IMG/VR virus record: IMGVR_UViG_3300026774_000001
Coordinates: 1-60,694 of that record
DNA length: 60,694 nt
Origin: a virus
Strand: one strand, 5' to 3'
The notes under the pieces: generated by a model
What the model was told of the DNA's origin: nothing
The model's input: the letters and a program-made list of their open reading frames with translations, nothing else
Database searches by the model: none
In this document: positions 8,964-15,109 of the stretch, one piece after another
Layout: each line of letters starts with the position of its first letter
Numbering within the stretch: the stretch's first letter is position 1
Translations under genes and position numbers: made by a program

Positions 8964-9758
8964 ATGACCGAAGACAGAAACCCACGTCACAACGCGACGT
9001 TTCTCGTGTACGCCGAAACCAAGCGCGGCAAGTCGACACTTGGGGCTAGCTGCCCTGGACCGGTGCTCGCGCTCGACGCCGAAGGATCCTGGAACGCGTT
9101 TGAGGGGCGTAAGAACCCCAACAACCCGAACCAGCCCTACCGCGTCATCTGGTGGGACCCGAAGGAAGCACCGCCGAAGGCGGACGGGACTTGGGACATC
9201 TGCGTGGTCGACGTGCTTCGATGGGAAACCGTCGAACAGGTCATCCAGTGGACCATCCAGCCTGACCACCCGTTCCAGTCGATCGTTGTCGACTCGGTGA
9301 CGCAGCTGCAGAAACGCTGCAAGGAGGCGCTGCCCGGTTTCCAGTCCGGGAACCAGCAGTATTCGGACTGGGGTCAGCTCTTGACCCGCATGTCCGAGAA
9401 GATCCAGCGGATTCGCGACATGGTGAAAGACGTTCGCAACCCGCTCAGGGTCGCAATGTTCACAGCCGAAGGTGACCTCCGTGCGGATGGCAAGTACGTT
9501 CCGAACATGGAGGGCGCGCTTCGCAAGGGCATTGCCTACTGGATGAACAACACATTCTGCCTGGTGGTCAAGAAGGTTCCGAACCAGGATGGCATCATAA
9601 CGGCTGACAGCCCGTTGGTGCGCTCACTCATGGTGAAGCCTGACCAGAACTTCATCACAGGTTCGCACTTCGAGGACCGGTTCACGTCGAACACCATCGA
9701 AAACCCCAACATCACTGAGATGATGGGCCAAATCTTCCCCGGCTTCGTGCCGGAGTAA
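8964..9758 (+). CDS. AAA_24 / RecA-like (Sak4-type) ATPase (264 aa)
   Basis: Walker A-like YAETKRGKST then VLALDAEG; position next to nuclease and ssDNA-binding-like gene. Confidence 0.75.
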   Translation: MTEDRNPRHNATFLVYAETKRGKSTLGASCPGPVLALDAEGSWNAFEGRKNPNNPNQPYRVIWWDPKEAPPKADGTWDICVVDVLRWETVEQVIQWTIQPDHPFQSIVVDSVTQLQKRCKEALPGFQSGNQQYSDWGQLLTRMSEKIQRIRDMVKDVRNPLRVAMFTAEGDLRADGKYVPNMEGALRKGIAYWMNNTFCLVVKKVPNQDGIITADSPLVRSLMVKPDQNFITGSHFEDRFTSNTIENPNITEMMGQIFPGFVPE

Positions 9759-9770
9759 GGACTACGAATC

Positions 9771-10304
9771 ATGACTACTGTCCCGTGGGATGTCTTGGTC
9801 GCGAAGGCCAAGGAGAACGGACACACCGAAGTCGCCCCTGTGGGTGTTTATCAGTGCCGCATCGAGTCTGCCGAAGCTGGCGAGAACCAGAACGGCAATG
9901 CCTTCATCGAGACTCGTCTCAAGATCACCGAAGGCGAGCACGCCGGTAAGCGTCCGACGACGTTCTACCACAAGATCTACCAGACCGAGAAGACGGTCAA
10001 CATCTTCATGCAGAACATGAAGGCGTTCGGCATCACGGACGAAACCGTCCTGCAGCAGCGTCCCACCCTTGACCAGGTGGCGCGTGCGATCATCGGAAAG
10101 ACCGTCACAGTCAAGACGAAGGTTGCCACGGACAACCGGAAGAACAACGAGGTCAAGATGGACCGCGAGGGCAACCCTCAGGTCGAGGTGAGCTGGTCTT
10201 TCAGCGCTCCGCGTGACGGCGCGGTCGCCGTGACCGAGTTCCCCCCGGTTGGTGGCGGCGCCCCCGCTATGACCTATGGCAGCGCGATCGACCCCGGTTT
10301 CTAG
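9771..10304 (+). CDS. DUF669-like putative ssDNA-binding protein (177 aa)
   Basis: VGVYQCRIESAEAGENQNGNAFIETRLKITEGEHAGK resembles DUF669 N-terminal OB-like pattern; synteny with AAA_24. Confidence 0.55.
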   Translation: MTTVPWDVLVAKAKENGHTEVAPVGVYQCRIESAEAGENQNGNAFIETRLKITEGEHAGKRPTTFYHKIYQTEKTVNIFMQNMKAFGITDETVLQQRPTLDQVARAIIGKTVTVKTKVATDNRKNNEVKMDREGNPQVEVSWSFSAPRDGAVAVTEFPPVGGGAPAMTYGSAIDPGF

Positions 10305-10313
10305 AACACCCAA

Positions 10314-10339
10314 GGGGCTCCCGACTGGGAGCCCCTTTC
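10314..10339 (+). terminator. stem-loop ggggctccc-gact-gggagcccc + TTT
   Basis: 9-bp perfect stem then tttc. Confidence 0.6.
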
Positions 10340-10358
10340 ACTCTTTGGAGGTAAACTC

Positions 10359-10850
10359 ATGTACGTGGCGACAAACCGTCAGAAAAAGAACGCCTTCGCG
10401 AAGCGGGCCGACTTGCAGCGCAAGGCCGAGGAGAAACCCAAGGCCGCGCCTCGCGCGACCCCAACGCCCGTGGCCGAGCCGAAGCCTGATCTCGAAGCGC
10501 TGAAGGCTGCGGCGGCGCTGGCGGCTGCTCTCATTCACGCGGATGCACCTGACGAGCTGGAGACATCGGACGAGATTCAAGGGGGGTCTGGAACTGATTT
10601 GGAGCCCGAAGCCGAGGCCGAACCGGAGCCCAAGCGCGGCCGTCCGATGTCCGCTGCGGTCGCCAAGCGGAACGCTACGATCCTCCAGCTTCTCGCCGAG
10701 AACCCCGAAGGGCTGTCGAAGCCGCAGCTCGCTACGGAACTCCGAGAGAAGGAGGCGAACGTGTACACCTCGCTGCGCCGTCTCCAGAGTGACGGGAAGG
10801 TTCGGATGGAGAACACCGAAGGTACCAAGTACCTGTGGTACCTGGTCTGA
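10359..10850 (+). CDS. winged-helix DNA-binding protein with Lys/Ala/Pro-rich N-terminus (163 aa)
   Basis: C-terminal ILQLLAENPEGLSKPQLATELREKEANVYTSLRRLQSDGKV = MarR/wHTH-like. Confidence 0.6.
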   Translation: MYVATNRQKKNAFAKRADLQRKAEEKPKAAPRATPTPVAEPKPDLEALKAAAALAAALIHADAPDELETSDEIQGGSGTDLEPEAEAEPEPKRGRPMSAAVAKRNATILQLLAENPEGLSKPQLATELREKEANVYTSLRRLQSDGKVRMENTEGTKYLWYLV

Positions 10851-10880
10851 CCTGCGGAAACGTTCAGGGTTACCCCGGTG

Positions 10881-10909
10881 TTGACAGCATCGGGGACACC
10901 TGATAGGTT
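10881..10909 (+). promoter_or_regulatory. promoter TTGACA-N17-TAGGTT (extended TGa)
   Basis: Consensus -35 lies in the 7-nt loop of hairpin 10873-10895; near-identical cassette at 11288. Confidence 0.6.
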
Positions 10910-10954
10910 ATTTCTACAAGCAAGATGAAGACCAACGATGCAAGGATGATTACC

Positions 10955-11263
10955 ATGAACGTTACCGCGAAGCACGGGCAGGCCGCAGTTCACCTCGGCG
11001 GACGCGAGATGAACAACGGGCGCTGGTCACCCGTCTGCGGGACCCAGCACCACAACGCCGGAGGTCGCGAGGTCACCCCGCTGCGACCCACAGACAAGCC
11101 TGTCACCTGCAAGCGTTGTCTGAAGACCATTGCCATGGACGAGGCGAAGGCTGCGGTCACGGTCAAGACTCCCGCTCAGGTCCTGGTTACCGACGTCGAG
11201 ACTGCCCCCGATGTCGCTGCCTTCCACCGCAAGCTGAAGGCTGGCATCGGCCTGACCTGGTAA
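10955..11263 (+). CDS. hypothetical protein (102 aa)
   Basis: ATG 10955 with SD gcaagga (ORF track extends to 10925, which is the conserved leader). Confidence 0.6.
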   Translation: MNVTAKHGQAAVHLGGREMNNGRWSPVCGTQHHNAGGREVTPLRPTDKPVTCKRCLKTIAMDEAKAAVTVKTPAQVLVTDVETAPDVAAFHRKLKAGIGLTW

Positions 11264-11287
11264 AACAAGAAAGTCGGACCCACGGGG

Positions 11288-11316
11288 TTGACAGCCCCGT
11301 GGGACTCTGATAGATT
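11288..11316 (+). promoter_or_regulatory. promoter TTGACA-N17-TAGATT (extended TGa)
   Basis: -35 in loop of 9-bp hairpin 11279-11303. Confidence 0.6.
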
Positions 11317-11360
11317 ACTTGTATTAGCAAGATGAAGACCAACGACGTAAGGACGAAACC

Positions 11361-11639
11361 ATGCAGATCATCGCCGCTCACTGCGAATTCCCCGAATCTC
11401 AGAAGATGGGCGTGAATCAACACCTCATCATCGACGCTGCGGCCAGCGTCGGCAAGGAATTCCCCGAGGTGATCGGGCACGTGACCGTGATCCGTGGATT
11501 CGGCCACTTCATCGGTGACCGGTACAGCGCGCTTAAGGGCATGGAAGCTGTTATCGCACTCGACGACGCGGGCTCTATGCGACGCATCAAAGAGCTTTTG
11601 CAGTCCGGCCTTCGGAACGGTCACGACGACCGGCATTAG
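11361..11639 (+). CDS. hypothetical protein (92 aa)
   Basis: ORF track; SD gtaagga. Confidence 0.65.
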   Translation: MQIIAAHCEFPESQKMGVNQHLIIDAAASVGKEFPEVIGHVTVIRGFGHFIGDRYSALKGMEAVIALDDAGSMRRIKELLQSGLRNGHDDRH

Positions 11640-11645
11640 GCAAGG

Positions 11646-11665
11646 GCGGGGCCTTCGGGCCCCGC
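11646..11665 (+). terminator. stem-loop gcggggcc-ttcg-ggccccgc
   Basis: 8-bp GC stem just after stop 11639; no T tract. Confidence 0.45.
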
Positions 11666-11703
11666 ATATAGTAAGATCAAATACGGACTTCGGTCCGGCA
11701 CAA

Positions 11704-11781
11704 GCCCCGGGCGGACGCGCCCTACTGGTCAAGCAGGGGAAAAGATCCCTGAGCCAGGTGGTTCGAATCCACCGAGGGGCA
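11704..11781 (+). other. tRNA-like element (canonical T-arm, imperfect cloverleaf)
   Basis: GGTGG-TTCGAAT-CCACC T-arm at 11757-11773 and 5/7 acceptor pairing (gccccgg / gaggggc); no canonical D or 7-nt anticodon loop found by hand. Confidence 0.3.
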
Positions 11782-11911
11782 CGAATGCAGTACCAGGCAT
11801 CGCCGTGCAGGGAGCGTTATTGAGCGCTTACGCTTGCGGGAGATTGGACCTCGGGAGCGTTGCCTTCCGGGGTGTGGACGACGATCGTAACGGGTCGGGT
11901 GTCCGCCACAT

Positions 11912-11984
11912 GCACCGTTAGCTCAATGGAACGAGCGGCTGTCTTACAAACAGCGGGTCGGGGGTTCGACTCCCTCACGGTGTA
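11912..11984 (+). tRNA. tRNA-Val (anticodon TAC)
   Basis: Hand-folded 73-nt cloverleaf: acceptor gcaccgt/acggtgt, D gctc-aatggaac-gagc, anticodon arm gctgt-cTTACaa-acagc, T-arm ggggg-ttcgact-ccctc; no encoded CCA. Confidence 0.85.
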
Positions 11985-12066
11985 CTAGGTTCCAGAGGAC
12001 GTAGCCGCTAAGTCGGTTGGCGTGGGGTCAACAAACGTGGATGTAGCGCACCACCTGGAACCGCTA

Positions 12067-12139
12067 GGGCTGTTAGCTCCAACGGTAGAGCATCTGCTTT
12101 GCAAGCAGAGGGTTGTCGGTTCGAATCCGACATGGTCCA
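12067..12139 (+). tRNA. tRNA-Ala (anticodon TGC)
   Basis: 73-nt cloverleaf: acceptor gggctgt/atggtcc with G3:U70 Ala identity pair, D gctc-caacggta-gagc, anticodon arm tctgc-tTTGCaa-gcaga, T-arm gtcgg-ttcgaat-ccgac. Confidence 0.88.
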
Positions 12140-12190
12140 CGCGGGGAGGTTGGGCGCGCTGTGCGTGTTCGGCGCTCCGCACTACAACAT

Positions 12191-12318
12191 GGGTGTGTAC
12201 GGAAGGTCTCCGGTTCGATTCCGGTATCCGCGCGGTGCGGTGTGAGGTTCGATTCCTCTTAACCATGGTGGCGAATAGGGGGATACCCCGCCTGAGGGTT
12301 CGAATCCCTCCACACCCT
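12191..12318 (+). other. tRNA-derived / tRNA-like segment with three T-arm hairpins
   Basis: ccgg-ttcgatt-ccgg (12210-12224), gagg-ttcgatt-cctc (12244-12258), gaggg-ttcgaat-ccctc (12294-12310); perfect 7-bp closing helix gggtgtg (12191) / cacaccc (12311); no standard cloverleaf. Confidence 0.3.
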
Positions 12319-12434
12319 CAAGGTTCGGTGTCTCGCGAGTCCTGTCACGTTGAACGGCGTGACCTGAAAAGGCCGCAGGCCCTGCAAGGGGTACCGCGAG
12401 CCCGAACCGTAATACCTACAACGACGGAAGAAGG

Positions 12435-13061
12435 ATGATGCGAACTTACCCAAAGATCCCCGGTCCGTACAAGCGACACACAGAGGGGCCGGACCGGAAC
12501 AAACTCATCATCGGCCGTTGGACCTCACCGGAACTCGGGGCGCTCGCCAAACTCGATTGGACCTGGACTGAAAAAGTGGACGGGACGAACATCCGCGTCC
12601 ACTGGGACGGACACAGAGTCACCTTCGGTGGTCGCACCGACAACGCCCAGATTCCCGCGAAGCTCATTGAAGTGCTGCGAGCCCTCTTCACGGAAGAGAT
12701 CTTTGAACAAACCTTCAACGACACCGAGGTCACGCTCTTCGGCGAGGGGTTCGGTTCAGGTATCCAGTCGGGCGGAATCTACCGATCAGACCAAGGGTTC
12801 GCACTCTTCGACGTTCTGATTGGGCAGTTCTGGCTCAAGCGTCAGGATGTTGTCGACGTAGCGAACAAGATGGGTATCGAGTACGTGCCGTTGAAGCTCA
12901 CGGCTCCGATCTCCGAAGCGATCGACTTCGTGAAGGCCGGTGTTGGTTCCGACTGGAACGACGCCAAGGCCGAGGGCCTGGTGGGTGTTGCTCCCGAAGG
13001 GCTGCTCTCCCGATCTGGTGAACGGATCATGGTCAAGATCAAACACAAAGACTTCCAGTAG
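12435..13061 (+). CDS. ATP-dependent RNA ligase-family nucleotidyltransferase (208 aa)
   Basis: Motif I EKVDGTN (KxDG), motif III LFGEGFG, motif IV AEGLVGV, motif V MVKIKHKDF. Confidence 0.75.
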   Translation: MMRTYPKIPGPYKRHTEGPDRNKLIIGRWTSPELGALAKLDWTWTEKVDGTNIRVHWDGHRVTFGGRTDNAQIPAKLIEVLRALFTEEIFEQTFNDTEVTLFGEGFGSGIQSGGIYRSDQGFALFDVLIGQFWLKRQDVVDVANKMGIEYVPLKLTAPISEAIDFVKAGVGSDWNDAKAEGLVGVAPEGLLSRSGERIMVKIKHKDFQ

Positions 13062-13077
13062 GGAAATCAAACGCGAA

Positions 13078-13108
13078 GCGGGTACCCCTTGGGTGCCCGC
13101 TTTCTTTC
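13078..13108 (+). terminator. intrinsic terminator
   Basis: 10-bp stem gcgggtaccc/gggtgcccgc then tttctttc. Confidence 0.65.
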
Positions 13109-13109
13109 G

Positions 13110-13118
13110 TGCTATGGT
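13110..13118 (+). promoter_or_regulatory. extended -10 box TGcTATGGT
   Basis: Immediately after terminator, 27 nt before ATG 13145. Confidence 0.4.
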
Positions 13119-13144
13119 GGGAGTCCCCCCAAGATGAAGGATTC

Positions 13145-14383
13145 ATGATGGAAGATTTCACGTCAACCCCCGAAGGCGCACTCCTGAGCGCGTGCGCGCT
13201 CGGCGCGCTCATGCTCGCGCTCATCCTCTGGCGCACGGCGCAGGGCGCGCGCGCACGCGCATCGGAGCGCGCACGCGCGTGGGCGGACATCAAGCGCCCC
13301 GAGTGGGAAGCGCGCGCGCAGCGCAAGGCAGACGCGCGCGCATCAGGCGCGCGCGCCGACGCGCGCTTGCGCATCACACTCTTGAGTGCGGTTGCGCTCG
13401 TCGCGCTCGCCGCAACGAACCTGAGTGCGCACGCCACGATCACCGCCATACAGCGCATCGGCCTCACCTCCGTTGACGCCGCGATCTCGGCTGTGATTGT
13501 CTTCGAAGCGTGGCTCGCGATCCTGGGCGCGCTGTCCCTGCGGCACATGACGCGCGGCGAAGGATTCAACCGGTACGAGGCCGGTGTTTGGACCATGGCA
13601 AGCCTTATGGGCACTATCGCCTGGTGGGGTGGTGGCAGCCCCATCTTCGCGCTGTGGCCCCTTCTCGCGGCTGTCGCGTGGCACGTGGTCATCACCTTTG
13701 GCAGGCCGCACAAGCCGTCCGCTCTGGTCGTCTGGTGGCGTATGAAGCGCGGCAAGGCGACCTCGCAGGACGCGAGCGAGGTTCTTACCGAACGGCTCAT
13801 CACGCTCATTGTCAACACGGCATACGCGGCCAACGTTGGGCCCAAGATCACGCGCGCGTTCTACAAGCGCGCATATGATCGCGCGTGGGCGCGCGCGGAT
13901 GCGCTCGGCATTCTCACGCCGGAAGTGCGCGCGCGCATCCAGACGCGCATCGCCGCGCGCTACGTCGGTGCGCGCGCGCTCGCTCCTGAAGCGGTTGCGC
14001 ACATGAATCCTTGGAATGAGCGCGCATCGATGAGCGCGCGCACGGGCAACGCGCGCGCAGTGCGTCCGGTGAGCGCGCCTCCCGAGCGCGCACTCGAAGC
14101 GAGCGCACATGTTCCCGACGACGCGCGCGCACTCACAGATGACGCGCACGCATCGGAAGAGGTGCGCGCGCCTAAGCGGACCAAGAATGCGCCCGCAAGG
14201 GATGATGTGCTTGCGGCGATCGACGCGCAAGACATCCCTGCGGAGGCCAAGGCGTGCATGAAGGAATTCGTGGTCACCACGGGTATGTTGCCCCAGCAGA
14301 AGTGGATTGCGAGCGCGACTGGCAAGTCCATCGGGCACGCGGGCAAGTGGCTCACGCCGGTTCGCAAGGCACTCGGGTACTAG
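13145..14383 (+). CDS. polytopic membrane protein, DUF2637-like (412 aa), Ala-Arg-Ala-rich soluble regions
   Basis: ATG 13145 with SD gaagga; about 5 TM helices between residues ~20 and ~200; synteny with FtsK-like ATPase as in actinomycete conjugative elements. Confidence 0.6.
   Translation: MMEDFTSTPEGALLSACALGALMLALILWRTAQGARARASERARAWADIKRPEWEARAQRKADARASGARADARLRITLLSAVALVALAATNLSAHATITAIQRIGLTSVDAAISAVIVFEAWLAILGALSLRHMTRGEGFNRYEAGVWTMASLMGTIAWWGGGSPIFALWPLLAAVAWHVVITFGRPHKPSALVVWWRMKRGKATSQDASEVLTERLITLIVNTAYAANVGPKITRAFYKRAYDRAWARADALGILTPEVRARIQTRIAARYVGARALAPEAVAHMNPWNERASMSARTGNARAVRPVSAPPERALEASAHVPDDARALTDDAHASEEVRAPKRTKNAPARDDVLAAIDAQDIPAEAKACMKEFVVTTGMLPQQKWIASATGKSIGHAGKWLTPVRKALGY
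13240..14175. repeat. array 1 of alternating-GC palindromic motifs (core GCGCGCGC)
   Basis: At least 12 occurrences of (GC)4/(CG)4, e.g. 13246, 13310, 13333, 13347, 13851, 13890, 13927, 13970, 14033, 14050, 14122, 14163; all inside CDS 13145..14383. Confidence 0.85.
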
Positions 14384-14393
14384 CGAGACAGCG

Positions 14394-14424
14394 CCCGGCA
14401 CACCCTTAGGGGAGGTGTGCCGGG
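14394..14424 (+). terminator. 11-bp stem-loop cccggcacacc / ggtgtgccggg
   Basis: Perfect stem 10 nt after stop 14383; no T tract. Confidence 0.45.
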
Positions 14425-14577
14425 ACCGTGCCAGCGGCACACCCGCTGGCACACCGAAAACCACGATTGACCTGCGGAAACACTGTTTCGGCACACCGGC
14501 ACAGTGTGCCGAGAGTACCGCTCACTAAGTGTTTTCGCAGGTCACCGCGACCCTAGGAACAACCCGCCTGGTGTGCC
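14397..14577. repeat. intergenic array of 8-mer GGCACACC (5 forward, 3 reverse copies)
   Basis: Forward 14397, 14436, 14448, 14490, 14498 (half); reverse 14414, 14504, 14570. Confidence 0.8.
14468..14544. repeat. 17-bp inverted repeat TGACCTGCGGAAACACT / AGTGTTTTCGCAGGTCA
   Basis: 16/17 complementary arms at 14468-14484 and 14528-14544, flanking palindrome ggcacaGtgtgcc. Confidence 0.8.
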
Positions 14578-14591
14578 GTGCCGGTCGGGTG

Positions 14592-14597
14592 TATAAT
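14592..14597 (+). promoter_or_regulatory. -10 box TATAAT
   Basis: Consensus hexamer 38 nt before ATG 14636; no clear -35. Confidence 0.4.
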
Positions 14598-14635
14598 TAA
14601 TGCAGACCTAAGATCGAGACGAAAGGATCAAAGAC

Positions 14636-15109
14636 ATGACTGACGTAGTCGCCATCGAATCCACCCTGGGGAACGGTGCTGCGGGGTTCGTTGCCCTGGT
14701 GCTGTTCGCCGTCGCATGGATCATCAACGAGAAAGCCAACGGGAACAAAGCGGGTGCCATCTTTGCGCTGGTGCTCGCACTCGCCGGGTCGTTCGTGCTG
14801 TACGCGTCCACCTGGTCAGAGACCTGGTGCGGCTGGATGGGGAGCATCCTCACCGGTATCGGGGACATGTTCGGCGCTGAGATGTCGCTACCGTTCATGT
14901 TCAGCATGGCCTGCGTCGCCGCGGTCTTCATCATCGCGGTTGACCTGGGCGTGAACGCTAAGGACAACCCCTGGGCTGTCGGGGCCCTCCTGGTCGCCCC
15001 TGTGGTCGCCCACGGTGCTTCGGGCATCATCGGGAGCATGGCGCATGGGTTCTTCGGGGGGATGGCCCTGGGAGTTATCGAAGCACTCAAGTCATTGACG
15101 GGTGCCTGA
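14636..15109 (+). CDS. Gly/Ala-rich polytopic membrane protein (157 aa)
   Basis: ORF track; SD gaaagga; 4-5 TM helices. Confidence 0.7.
   Translation: MTDVVAIESTLGNGAAGFVALVLFAVAWIINEKANGNKAGAIFALVLALAGSFVLYASTWSETWCGWMGSILTGIGDMFGAEMSLPFMFSMACVAAVFIIAVDLGVNAKDNPWAVGALLVAPVVAHGASGIIGSMAHGFFGGMALGVIEALKSLTGA

Noticed and set aside
11988-12063. 76-nt segment closed by a perfect 8-bp helix (ggttccag / ctggaacc) that looks tRNA-sized
   Set aside because: Hand folding gives a 7-nt anticodon-like loop with G at position 33, a 3-bp D stem and a 10-nt T-like loop without the TTCGA motif. It may be a structured spacer, but I cannot support a tRNA call.
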